Below are positions 1-9,282 of a DNA stretch of 63,254 nt, in pieces; the first letter of the stretch is position 1, and every line of letters begins with the position of its first letter. The DNA is from Pseudomonadota bacterium. GTDB lineage: Bacteria > Pseudomonadota > Alphaproteobacteria > Rickettsiales > RGZB01. The position numbers were made by a program, and so were the translations under genes. The notes under the pieces are model-generated. The model did not search any database. It was given only the letters and a program-made list of their open reading frames with translations, and had not been told where the DNA came from. The stretch lies in assembly GCA_010031735.1 (NCBI GenBank), contig RGZB01000005.1, positions 1 to 63,254 of the forward strand, in the 5' to 3' direction.

Positions 1-1
1 G

Positions 2-16
2 TTAACGATTTATTAA
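2..16. promoter_or_regulatory. CtrA-type binding box (TTAA-N7-TTAA)
   Basis: TTAA cgattta TTAA, followed by TATAGT/TATGTT -10-like hexamers, upstream of the small ORF at 71. Confidence 0.7.
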
Positions 17-70
17 TACATTATATAGTATGTTGAATGTAATAAGCACACAATACTTAGGGAGGACCAT

Positions 71-220
71 ATGGTGGTGAAAAAAACATCCCATACCCAG
101 AGTAAAAGAATGAACACCAATACCAAGCATGCGCCAGAGCAACTGGATTTAGAGGAATTCATCCAGAAAATGCCTGCTCAGACGCTGGTCGCGACGGTAT
201 TACAACCGATGACGGTATAG
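71..220 (+). CDS. small hypothetical protein, 49 aa (MVVKKTSHTQSKRMNTNTKHAPEQLDLEEFIQKMPAQTLVATVLQPMTV)
   Basis: Hand translation; strong RBS AGGGAGGA upstream of ATG; TAG at 218-220 just short of the convergent mtaB stop; below ORF-track size cutoff. Confidence 0.6.
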   Translation: MVVKKTSHTQSKRMNTNTKHAPEQLDLEEFIQKMPAQTLVATVLQPMTV

Positions 221-225
221 GCAGC

Positions 226-1545
226 TCAGGCGGCGGATTTTTCTGCAGCGTCCAGTGCTACGGAGCCGGTGAGGTTGCCGTTTTCATATCCCGTGATGGT
301 CACATCCACGATATGCCCGATTTGGTTGGAAGGCCGCGAAAGCTGGATCGTCGTATAATGTTCCGTGCGTGCGCGGTCGCCGTGCTCGATAAGTGCTTTC
401 ACCGTACGGTTCACTTGAGATTGCTGATAATCGTTCAGTTGTTTCTCGCCAAGTTTACGCAATAAACGCGCGCGGTTTTTGCGTACAGACAGCGGTACTT
501 GTTTATCCGCGGGGATTTTCGCCGCTGGCGTACCTTCGCGTTCGGAATACGGGAATACATGAAGATAGATGAGGTTCGCAGCGCGCACGAATTCGAACGT
601 GTTCTGGAACATCTCGTCCGTCTCGGTCGGGAACCCCGCGATGATATCGGCACCGAACACCGCATCCGGGCGGACTTTACGCACATTATGGACGAAATCG
701 AGCGCCTGCTTGCGCGTGTGGCGGCGTTTCATGCGCTTTAAGATCATGTCATCGCCCGCTTGCAGCGAGAGATGGAAATGCGGCATCAAGCGCGGCTCAT
801 CCGCGATCAGGCGGAATAAATCCTGATCGATCTCCGCGACATCCACAGATGAGAGGCGGATGCGGGGAAGGTTCGGCACGAGTGCGAGCAGACGGCGCAC
901 CATCTGGCCGAGTGTCGGTTTGCCGGGAAGATCGGCACCGTACGAAGTGAGGTCGACCCCGGTCAGCACGATTTCCTGGTAGCCGTTTTTCACGAGCGTG
1001 GTCGCCTGTTCCACGATGTGCCCGATCGGCACCGAGCGGCTGTTGCCGCGGCCATACGGGATGATGCAGAACGTACAGCGATGGTCGCAGCCGTTCTGCA
1101 CTTGCAGGAACGCGCGGGTGCGGCCTTCCAAACCCGGGATCAAATGCCCTGCGGTTTCTTCCACCGACATGATATCGTTCACCTGGATTTTCTCGGTCGT
1201 GCCGATGAAATCGGGTGCGCTTGGCGTATTCGTGTTCGTAAGGTTCTGGTATGCCTCGCCCTTCAGTTTCTCAGCATTGCCGATGACGTTATCGACTTCC
1301 GGCATATCCGCGTAGGCCTTTGGATTCACCTGTGCAGAGCAACCGGTGACGATGATCTTCGCATCTGGATTCTCACGGCGGTAGCGGCGGATCGATTGGC
1401 GTGCCTGGCGCTCCGCCTCTTTCGTGACGGCGCAGGTATTGAAGACAGCCACATCTGTGAGACCGTTCTCTTCGAGGTGTTTTTTGATCACCTCGCTCTC
1501 GAAGCTGTTTAAGCGGCAGCCAAATGTAATGACATCCTGACCCAT
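226..1545 (-). CDS. mtaB: tRNA t6A37 methylthiotransferase (radical SAM, MtaB)
   Basis: TFGCRLN N-terminus, NTCAVT, CDHRCTFC radical SAM motif; next to dapF as in many alphaproteobacteria. Confidence 0.93.
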   Translation of the reverse strand: MGQDVITFGCRLNSFESEVIKKHLEENGLTDVAVFNTCAVTKEAERQARQSIRRYRRENPDAKIIVTGCSAQVNPKAYADMPEVDNVIGNAEKLKGEAYQNLTNTNTPSAPDFIGTTEKIQVNDIMSVEETAGHLIPGLEGRTRAFLQVQNGCDHRCTFCIIPYGRGNSRSVPIGHIVEQATTLVKNGYQEIVLTGVDLTSYGADLPGKPTLGQMVRRLLALVPNLPRIRLSSVDVAEIDQDLFRLIADEPRLMPHFHLSLQAGDDMILKRMKRRHTRKQALDFVHNVRKVRPDAVFGADIIAGFPTETDEMFQNTFEFVRAANLIYLHVFPYSEREGTPAAKIPADKQVPLSVRKNRARLLRKLGEKQLNDYQQSQVNRTVKALIEHGDRARTEHYTTIQLSRPSNQIGHIVDVTITGYENGNLTGSVALDAAEKSAA

Positions 1546-1640
1546 GCAAGTCCGACAAAGATTGATTGCGTTTCGTTGTTTAAAAAGTGTAGTGCGTATG
1601 GAGATAAAAAAGATATGCGTTCTTAAGAAACACGTGACCT

Positions 1641-2492
1641 TTAAGCAGTGTGTGTTTCGAGCTCTAAAGTTCCTTCGAACTGCAGCTTAACAGGCCCGCT
1701 CATCATCACGCGGTTGTTAGGCATCCACTCAATCTCCAATGTCCCGCCTTTAAGCTCGACACTGGCTTTCCTCCCCGCAAGTTTACGCCTTGCTGCTGCA
1801 ACGACGGCCGCACAGGCGCCCGTGCCACACGCTAAGGTTTCCCCTGCTCCCCGTTCGAAAACGCGGAGGCGGAGTGTATCAGAAGCCATAATTTGTGCAA
1901 CGCCGATGTTGGCGCGCTCCGGGAAGAGGGCGTGATGCTCCAAGGCCGGACCCAACTCTTTGAAATCTATGGTATTTATATCTTTTACGAAGAAGACAGC
2001 ATGCGGATTTCCCATACTGACCCCGACCGGATCGGAGAGCGGTCCCTGGCTGATCGGCAGATGGAGCGTATCGGCTTGGTGTGCGAGGGGGATCTCGTTC
2101 CACTCGGTGCGCGCGGGCCCCATATCGACCTGAATGAGGTTTTTATCGGTACGCGTGGCAGTGAGCAAACCTGCCAAGGTTTCGAAAGTGGAGGTATCTT
2201 TTTTCTGCTCTTTCATCATCAGCCAGCCGATGCAGCGCGAGGCATTGCCGCATGAGGCGACTTCGCTGCCATCGGAATTATAGATGCGCATGAAACAATC
2301 CGCTTTTTGTGATTTCTCGATCACGATCAACTGATCGCAGCCTTTCGTGATGGTATTCGCACGCCCGGAAAGACGCAGTATTTCTTCAGGTTTTAAATGC
2401 AGCGCACGCGCACGCGCATCGATGATAACGAAGTCGTTTCCGGTTCCGTCCATCTTGAAAAAATGAAAAGGTGCGATATGCGTTTGATTCAT
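1641..2492 (-). CDS. dapF: diaminopimelate epimerase
   Basis: KMDGTGNDF, CGNASRC, SMGNPH, ERGAGETLACGTGACA. Confidence 0.97.
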   Translation of the reverse strand: MNQTHIAPFHFFKMDGTGNDFVIIDARARALHLKPEEILRLSGRANTITKGCDQLIVIEKSQKADCFMRIYNSDGSEVASCGNASRCIGWLMMKEQKKDTSTFETLAGLLTATRTDKNLIQVDMGPARTEWNEIPLAHQADTLHLPISQGPLSDPVGVSMGNPHAVFFVKDINTIDFKELGPALEHHALFPERANIGVAQIMASDTLRLRVFERGAGETLACGTGACAAVVAAARRKLAGRKASVELKGGTLEIEWMPNNRVMMSGPVKLQFEGTLELETHTA

Positions 2493-2553
2493 AAGTGAGT
2501 ACTAGTTATAATAGCGGTCGCAGGAAAATGAATATTTATTTCAGGATACTAGC

Positions 2554-3123
2554 ATGAACCAAGTGCTCAATCTACTGGTGAAACTGGCGATCGTGGCGGT
2601 GATTGGCTATGGCGGTTACACGTTCTACCGCAGCTATTTCGATAACGATACGGATAAAATCGGTTCGCAAGCACTGGTACGCCAGGTACTCACCATCAAT
2701 GCCGAGCAACTCAAGGGTTTACTCGAATCGGGTCCGAAGAATAACCGCCCGGCGCTCATGTATATCTTCGAATCCACCAACATCGTTTCCCGATTTTATT
2801 TTGCGGATATCGTGAAGTTCTACGATCTTTTCCCGCGGGATAAACTCAATATCATCATGCTTTCGCTCGACCAGGACCCGAAAGCGATCGCGGCGTTCTT
2901 GGACAAGAAGGGGTTCCAACGCCTGCGTATCCTGCGTATGGATCCATCCGAGCGCCAGAACATGGTGGGCAAGATCTTCGAACTCGGCGGGCATTTTGAT
3001 GGTGGTGTGCCGTATGTGGTGGTCATCAACAAATCGGGCCTGATCGAAGAAGTGCCGCTCAGTTTCAATCGCAGCGACAAGATCAAACACCTGATCGAAC
3101 GTTCGAGCGAACAGAAGACATGA
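2554..3123 (+). CDS. membrane-anchored thioredoxin-fold (TlpA-like) protein lacking CxxC
   Basis: N-terminal TM; TlpA-like pattern (PALMYIFES..., LSLDQD, GVPY cis-Pro loop); no cysteine in the protein. Confidence 0.55.
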   Translation: MNQVLNLLVKLAIVAVIGYGGYTFYRSYFDNDTDKIGSQALVRQVLTINAEQLKGLLESGPKNNRPALMYIFESTNIVSRFYFADIVKFYDLFPRDKLNIIMLSLDQDPKAIAAFLDKKGFQRLRILRMDPSERQNMVGKIFELGGHFDGGVPYVVVINKSGLIEEVPLSFNRSDKIKHLIERSSEQKT

Positions 3124-3626
3124 TGAACACCACGCTACGTAAACGGCAGGTCTTCTTGATGGTTGCAGCAGTCGTTGCTTTGGTGGCGATCTGGACCGCT
3201 CCCGATTTCAATGAAACACGCGCTGGCGATATCACGCAGGCACAGAAAAAGCTTGCAACGGCTCCTGTGGTGTTTTCGGGCGCAGGGCACCCGGATGTCA
3301 CGTTTACCGCAGAACTCGCGCGTTCGGAAGAAGAGCAACATATCGGCCTGATGTTCCGCACCAAGATGAATAACGATGAAGGTATGCTCTTTACCTACGA
3401 TGAGCCACAGGTGCTCACCATGTGGATGAAGAATACGCTCCTTCCACTCGACATGGTGTTTATCGACAAAGACCATAAAGTGATCCGTATCGAAGAGAAT
3501 GCGGAGCCTCAAACATTGAATGTACGCTCCTCTCTGGAGCCTGCTATAGCGGTGCTCGAGCTGAATGCGGGTGTGGCCGCAGCGCAGAAGCTTAAAGCGG
3601 GTGATCTCGTCACCTATCCGCAATAG
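3120..3626 (+). CDS. DUF192 family protein
   Basis: GLMFR, GMLF, MWMKNTLLPLDMVFID, VLELNAG. Confidence 0.93.
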   Translation: MMNTTLRKRQVFLMVAAVVALVAIWTAPDFNETRAGDITQAQKKLATAPVVFSGAGHPDVTFTAELARSEEEQHIGLMFRTKMNNDEGMLFTYDEPQVLTMWMKNTLLPLDMVFIDKDHKVIRIEENAEPQTLNVRSSLEPAIAVLELNAGVAAAQKLKAGDLVTYPQ

Positions 3627-3714
3627 CGGTTAAATCCCGATTTTTCTGCTGGCGCCCTTTGCTAAAAAGCGTCATAACGGTTGAGTAGAAATCACTCGAA
3701 ACGATACCACGCGT

Positions 3715-4632
3715 ATGTCCATCTATCTTCCGATTGCCGAGTTGCCGATCAACATCCTGCTCCTACTGGCGCTGGGTGGTTTTGCCGGTATTCTATCAGG
3801 CATGTTCGGTATCGGTGGCGGCTTCCTCATGACACCGCTTCTGATATTCATCGGTGTGCCGCCATCGGTCGCGGTCGCAACGTCTGCGAACCAGATCGTG
3901 GCGGCTTCCGTTTCCGGTTTCCTCGCGCATTGGCGGCGTCAGAACGTTGATATCAAAATGGGATTATTGTTGCTGATCGGCGGTATCGTCGGTTCGAGTT
4001 TCGGTGTCGGGATATTCACCTTCTTAAAAGCACTCGGACAGATCGACCTGGTGATCTCGCTGATCTATGTGTTCTTCCTGGGTACGGTTGGAACGCTGAT
4101 GGCGCTCGAGAGTTCACGCACGATCCTGCATAAGAAACGCGGCACCATCCCGCCGCCGAAGAAAAAACACTGGCTGCATAATCTGCCGCTGCCGTTCGTC
4201 ATGCATTTCCCGCGCTCGGAACTCACCATCAGTGCGTTCCTACCGATCGGTATCGGTATGCTCTCCGGTATCCTCGTTTCACTGATGGGTATCGGCGGTG
4301 GTTTCGTATTGATACCCGCGATGATCTATGTGCTCGGGATGCCGACCAGTGTGGTGATCGGCACGTCGCTCTTCCAGACGATCTTCACCACGAGCAACGT
4401 CACGATACTGCACGCGGCAACGACCCATAGCGTGGATATCGTGCTCGCACTCATCCTGCTTACGGGTTCCGTGGTGGGGGCGCAGGTGGGCAGCAATATG
4501 AGCCTCAAAGTCGCGCCTGAAAAACTCCGCATCATGCTGGCACTCATGGTGCTCGCGGTATGCTTACGCCTTGCGTTCGGTCTGTTCTTACGGCCGGAAG
4601 AACTCTACTCCATCTCGGTGGTGGGGCAGTGA
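3715..4632 (+). CDS. sulfite exporter TauE/SafE family membrane protein
   Basis: MSIYLPIAE start, two GIGGGF motifs, multiple TM helices. Confidence 0.92.
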   Translation: MSIYLPIAELPINILLLLALGGFAGILSGMFGIGGGFLMTPLLIFIGVPPSVAVATSANQIVAASVSGFLAHWRRQNVDIKMGLLLLIGGIVGSSFGVGIFTFLKALGQIDLVISLIYVFFLGTVGTLMALESSRTILHKKRGTIPPPKKKHWLHNLPLPFVMHFPRSELTISAFLPIGIGMLSGILVSLMGIGGGFVLIPAMIYVLGMPTSVVIGTSLFQTIFTTSNVTILHAATTHSVDIVLALILLTGSVVGAQVGSNMSLKVAPEKLRIMLALMVLAVCLRLAFGLFLRPEELYSISVVGQ

Positions 4633-5372
4633 TGAAAGCAAAACACTGCATTGCCATTCTGCTGCTGGTGATAGCGACACTGTGTCGTGGCGACGCAGCA
4701 GAAGCACGCTCCGTGGTGGCGGATCTTGCGATACGCTCGATCGATATCGACCATAATTTCGCGGGTATCGACATCCTACTTTTCGGTGCTAGGAACGACG
4801 TCGGTGATATCGTCGTCGTGGTGCGCGGGCCGGAAGAAGACTATGTGGTGCGTAAAAAAGCGCGCGTCGCAGGCGTCTGGGTGAATCGTTACTCCCAAGA
4901 ATTCAAAAACGTGAATGGCTTCTACGCGGTCGCGACGAGCAGGTCTCTCAAGGAAGTGAATAACGATCAGCTGCTCGAGAAACTCGGTGTTGGTGTCAGT
5001 CACGTGCCGATCCATAGTACGGAAGCGACGGCGAACGAAGCGGAATTCCGCGAAGCGCTGATCCGCAGCAAACAGAAAAAGAATCTGTATTCGACCGAGC
5101 CGGCAGCGGTGACATTCTGGGGGGATACGCTGTTCCGTACCGTGCTTACCTTCCCGAAGAATATCCTGAAAGGGCAATATACCGCGGAGGTATACCTGTT
5201 CAACGATGGCCAATTGACCGCGGTACAGACCACTCCGCTCGGCGTCAACAAAATCGGCTTCGAGGCATTCGTCTACGATATGGCCTACCGCTATCCGGTC
5301 CTCTACGGGATCGTGAGCGTAATGCTGGCGTTACTGGCCGGATGGGTGGCAAGCGTGGTGTTCCAGCGATAG
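4632..5372 (+). CDS. conserved alphaproteobacterial protein (TIGR02186-like)
   Basis: ATG overlaps the TauE stop (TGATG); VRKKARVAGVWVN motif; C-terminal TM; usual partner of TauE gene. Confidence 0.85.
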   Translation: MKAKHCIAILLLVIATLCRGDAAEARSVVADLAIRSIDIDHNFAGIDILLFGARNDVGDIVVVVRGPEEDYVVRKKARVAGVWVNRYSQEFKNVNGFYAVATSRSLKEVNNDQLLEKLGVGVSHVPIHSTEATANEAEFREALIRSKQKKNLYSTEPAAVTFWGDTLFRTVLTFPKNILKGQYTAEVYLFNDGQLTAVQTTPLGVNKIGFEAFVYDMAYRYPVLYGIVSVMLALLAGWVASVVFQR

Positions 5373-5378
5373 GAGACA

Positions 5379-5867
5379 ATGATGGCAGATAATCCAATCA
5401 GTTCGCGTTCGAAATTCCTGGTCTTCATGGACGAGAGTGAATATGCACGTGTGGCGCTCCGTTTTGCCTGCACGCGTGCGAAGGCGAGGGGGCGCCCGGT
5501 GGAGATGCTCTTCATCATCAACCCGATCGAATACAACTCGATCTTCGCGGTCTCCGATGTGATGAAAAAAGACCGTCGCGCCGAGGTGGAGGCGAAGCTC
5601 ACGAAGTTCGCGGAAGAAGCTTTCGCCATGTCGGGTATTACACCCTCGATCAATATCCGCGAAGGCACACCGGCGGAGGAGATCATCAGCTGTATTGCAG
5701 AAGATCACGCAATCAATATGCTGGTGATGTGCTCGGCACCGGCCAAAGCCTCGGGTGGTAGTAAACTCCTTTCCACCATCGTCTCAGAAGTGGACGAGAA
5801 GCTCCACGTTCCGGTGATGATCGTGCCCGCACATCTGACCGACCAACAAATCCAGGAATTGAATTAG
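5379..5867 (+). CDS. universal stress protein
   Basis: KFLVFMDES...ALRFA, REGTPAEEI, VPVMIVP. Confidence 0.88.
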   Translation: MMADNPISSRSKFLVFMDESEYARVALRFACTRAKARGRPVEMLFIINPIEYNSIFAVSDVMKKDRRAEVEAKLTKFAEEAFAMSGITPSINIREGTPAEEIISCIAEDHAINMLVMCSAPAKASGGSKLLSTIVSEVDEKLHVPVMIVPAHLTDQQIQELN

Positions 5868-5870
5868 AAT

Positions 5871-6995
5871 ATGAAACTTACGGACTACCGTTCCATCGTT
5901 ATTAAAATCGGCTCGTCCCTCCTTACCGATGAGAAGGGAAACCCACGCCGCGCGTGGCTTGAGAATCTGCTGCTCGATGTCGCGGAACTGAAGAAGCAAA
6001 AATCGAAAAACGGTAAACCGGTCGAAGTGGTGATCGTCAGTTCCGGTGCCGTGGCGCTTGGGCGCAACGCACTGGGGTTTGCACACGGCGCGCTGCGTCT
6101 GGAGGAAAAACAAGCGGCTGCCGCCTGCGGTCAACCGCGTCTTATGGCACTTTACCGCGAACTATTCGAGGCACATAAAATCCATGCGGCGCAGGTGCTG
6201 CTGACCATGGAAGATTCGGAAGACCGCAGGCGCTATCTGAACGCGCGCACGACACTGCGTACCTTGCTTGATGCCGGTGTGGTGCCGGTGATCAATGAAA
6301 ACGACACGGTCGCGACCGAAGAGCTTCGCTTCGGTGATAACGACCGTTTGGCAGCGCGTGTCGCACAGATGGTAAGCGCGGAACTCCTGATCCTGCTCTC
6401 GGATATCGACGGGCTTTATACCGCCAATCCCAAAACCGATAAAAACGCGAAACATATCCCGCTCGTCAAATCGATCACGCCGGAGATCGAGGCGATGGGG
6501 GGTGCTGCTATCTCGGCGGTCGGTTCTGGTGGTATGGTGACGAAGATCGCCGCTGCCAAAATGGCATTCTATTCCGGTTGCCATACGGTGATCATGGAAG
6601 GTTCGGATGGCTCTCCGCTGAAACGTCTCGAGAAGGGTGGTGTGCATACGCTGTTCCAAGCACAATCAAGCCCGATGCAGGCACGCAAACATTGGATCGC
6701 AAGCGGCCTTCGTGCCTCGGGCGAAGTGACGGTCGATAGTGGGGCTGCCAAGGCGCTCAAAGAAGGCAAAAGCCTGCTACCGGCGGGTGTAAAAGAGATC
6801 AAAGGCCAATTCGGCCGCGGGGATGCGGTCAGTATCCTCGATGAATCGGGCAGGGAGATCGGCCGGGGCTTGGTGGCATATGCCGCGGAAGACGCGCGCC
6901 GCATCATCGGCCATAAAAGTGCGGAAATCGCAGCTATCCTGGGTTACGAGGGGCGCGACGCCCTCATCCACCGCGACGACATGGTGGTGAGTTAG
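5871..6995 (+). CDS. proB: glutamate 5-kinase with PUA domain
   Basis: VIKIGSSLL, VSSGAV, INENDTV, FGDNDRLAA, GSGGMVTK. Confidence 0.97.
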   Translation: MKLTDYRSIVIKIGSSLLTDEKGNPRRAWLENLLLDVAELKKQKSKNGKPVEVVIVSSGAVALGRNALGFAHGALRLEEKQAAAACGQPRLMALYRELFEAHKIHAAQVLLTMEDSEDRRRYLNARTTLRTLLDAGVVPVINENDTVATEELRFGDNDRLAARVAQMVSAELLILLSDIDGLYTANPKTDKNAKHIPLVKSITPEIEAMGGAAISAVGSGGMVTKIAAAKMAFYSGCHTVIMEGSDGSPLKRLEKGGVHTLFQAQSSPMQARKHWIASGLRASGEVTVDSGAAKALKEGKSLLPAGVKEIKGQFGRGDAVSILDESGREIGRGLVAYAAEDARRIIGHKSAEIAAILGYEGRDALIHRDDMVVS

Positions 6996-7061
6996 GGCAA
7001 AAAGCCCTGTTTACAGCGGGTTTAGGGAGGAGTACAATGCTCTCCCGTTTTTGGATAGTGT

Positions 7062-8333
7062 ATGGCACAGAGTAAAACCATCGAAACAGAGATGCAACGA
7101 ATCGGCAAACAAGCGCGTGCGGCCGCACGCATTCTTGCCGTGGCGGAGCCTGCGCAGAAAAACAAAGCACTCAAAAGTGCTGCCGCAGCACTCCGGAAAG
7201 CGGAAGCTGCGATCCTGAAAGCGAATGCGAAAGATGTCGCGCTTGCGAAAAAAAATAATGTGGCAAAAGCCTTCATCGAGCGTTTGGAACTAAATTCCAA
7301 ACGCATCGAAGCGATGGCGAAAGGTTTAGAAGAGATCGCGGCCCTTAAAGATCCGGTGGGCCATTCGCTGGCCAAATGGAAGCGGCCGAACGGACTTACC
7401 ATCGAACGTGTGAGTGTGCCGCTCGGTGTCATCGGCATCATCTACGAATCTCGCCCGAACGTGACGGCGGATGCCGGCGCGCTCTGCCTGAAATCGGGCA
7501 ATGCCGCAATACTCCGCGGTGGTACGGATAGTTTCCATTCCTCACAAGCGATTCTGGAGTGCCTGCAAAAAGGACTTCAGGCGGCGGGACTCCCTGCACA
7601 TGTCATCCAAAGTGTGCCGGTGAAAGACCGTGAAGCCGTTGGGGCGATGCTCCGTATGGACCAATATATCGACGTGATCGTGCCGCGTGGTGGCAAAGGT
7701 CTAATCAAACGCGTAATCGAGGAAAGCCGCATCCCGCTCCTCCAGCATCTGGATGGTAACTGTCATACCTATGTGCACAGTGCGGCAGATATTTCCATGG
7801 CGGTGAAAGTAATCCTGAATGCCAAGATGCGCCGCACCGGTGTCTGCGGTGCAACGGAATCCCTCGTGCTCGATGAGAAGATCGCTGCCAAGGCATTACC
7901 GAAGATCGCGGACGTGCTTGCGAAAGAAGGGTGTGAACTGCGCGGTGATGCCGCATCACGCAAGATCGACAAGCGCATCAAGGCAGCGAACGATGAAGAT
8001 TACCGCACCGAATATCTCGATTCGATTATGTCGGTCAAAATCGTGAAAGGGCTGGAGCAGGCGATCGACTTCATCAACCAGTATAGCTCGCACCATACGG
8101 AAGCGATCATCACGAAAGATAAAAAGGCCGCCGCCCGATTCCTGAAATATATCGATAGTGCCATCGTGATGCATAATGCCTCGACACAATTCGCCGATGG
8201 CGGTGAATTCGGTATGGGCGCGGAGATCGGGATTGCGACCGGCAGGCTGCATGCGCGCGGGCCGGTGGGGGTCGAACAGCTGACCACCTACAAATATGTT
8301 TTACATGGCAGTGGCCAGATACGCCCGAAATAA
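7062..8333 (+). CDS. proA: glutamate-5-semialdehyde dehydrogenase
   Basis: IIYESRPNVT, NASTQFADGGEFGMGAEIGIAT, LHARGPVG. Confidence 0.97.
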   Translation: MAQSKTIETEMQRIGKQARAAARILAVAEPAQKNKALKSAAAALRKAEAAILKANAKDVALAKKNNVAKAFIERLELNSKRIEAMAKGLEEIAALKDPVGHSLAKWKRPNGLTIERVSVPLGVIGIIYESRPNVTADAGALCLKSGNAAILRGGTDSFHSSQAILECLQKGLQAAGLPAHVIQSVPVKDREAVGAMLRMDQYIDVIVPRGGKGLIKRVIEESRIPLLQHLDGNCHTYVHSAADISMAVKVILNAKMRRTGVCGATESLVLDEKIAAKALPKIADVLAKEGCELRGDAASRKIDKRIKAANDEDYRTEYLDSIMSVKIVKGLEQAIDFINQYSSHHTEAIITKDKKAAARFLKYIDSAIVMHNASTQFADGGEFGMGAEIGIATGRLHARGPVGVEQLTTYKYVLHGSGQIRPK

Positions 8334-8451
8334 CAACCTGATACGTCCTTTACAGTAACGTAGACGAAAAGACATGAGGAAACGTCTTTACCTCCGGTCT
8401 AAAATTTTCTATAAAACCCGTGACTCTATCAATTGACCGACAGGTTCTCCC

Positions 8452-9282
8452 ATGGCTTCCCCCAGTAAGAAAAAATCTTCCGCAAAACCGGCTGCTAAGA
8501 AATCCGAACCGCGCGTTGCGGTGGTCACGGGTTCGACAAGCGGTATCGGACTTGGCATCGCGAATGCACTGGCGGCAGAAGGCTGTCATATCGTACTCAA
8601 TGGTTTTGGTGATTCCAAAGAAATCGAAAGCATCCGTAGTGGTTTAGAGAAAACCTATAAAGTACGCGCGATCTATGTCGACTGCGATCTCTCGAAACCG
8701 GCGCAAGTGCAGAAACTGATTCATGTCGCCGAAGAAAAATTCGGGCGCGTCGATATCCTGGTGAATAATGCCGGTATGCAATATGTCGCACCGGTGCAGG
8801 AATTCTCCGGCGAGAAATGGGAGCAGTTACTCTCCGTCAATCTTTCGGCGTCGTTCTATACCATCCATGAAGCATTGCCGGGCATGCAGCAGCGTGGCTT
8901 TGGTCGTATCATCAATATCGCTTCTGCTCACGGTCTGGTCGCGAGCAAGAATAAGTCGGCGTATGTGGCATCGAAGCACGGCCTCGTGGGACTCACCAAA
9001 GTAGTGGCGCTCGAGAATGCTACGGCCGACATCACCTGTAATGCGATCTGCCCGGGTTGGGTACTGACACCGCTCGTGCAGGCGCAGATCGATACGAACG
9101 CCGAGAAGGAACACATCCCGGTGAAAGATGCAGAAATAAAACTGCTCTCCGAAAAACAACCGTCGCTGCGTTTCGCGACACCGGAAGAGATCGGGGCATT
9201 GGTGGTGTATCTTTGCAGTGAAAGCGCCCGCTCGATCACCGGTACGACGCTTTCGATCGACGGTGGCTGGACCGCTCAATAA
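8452..9282 (+). CDS. bdhA: 3-hydroxybutyrate dehydrogenase (SDR)
   Basis: TGSTSGIG, NNAGMQ, ASAHGLVAS, YVASKHG, CPGWVLTPLV, DGGWTAQ. Confidence 0.92.
   Translation: MASPSKKKSSAKPAAKKSEPRVAVVTGSTSGIGLGIANALAAEGCHIVLNGFGDSKEIESIRSGLEKTYKVRAIYVDCDLSKPAQVQKLIHVAEEKFGRVDILVNNAGMQYVAPVQEFSGEKWEQLLSVNLSASFYTIHEALPGMQQRGFGRIINIASAHGLVASKNKSAYVASKHGLVGLTKVVALENATADITCNAICPGWVLTPLVQAQIDTNAEKEHIPVKDAEIKLLSEKQPSLRFATPEEIGALVVYLCSESARSITGTTLSIDGGWTAQ

Noticed and set aside
3627-3714. Possible tRNA after DUF192 and a TGGCGC...TTGCT sigma-54-like string
   Set aside because: No cloverleaf or TTC-loop; GG-GC spacing is too short for sigma-54
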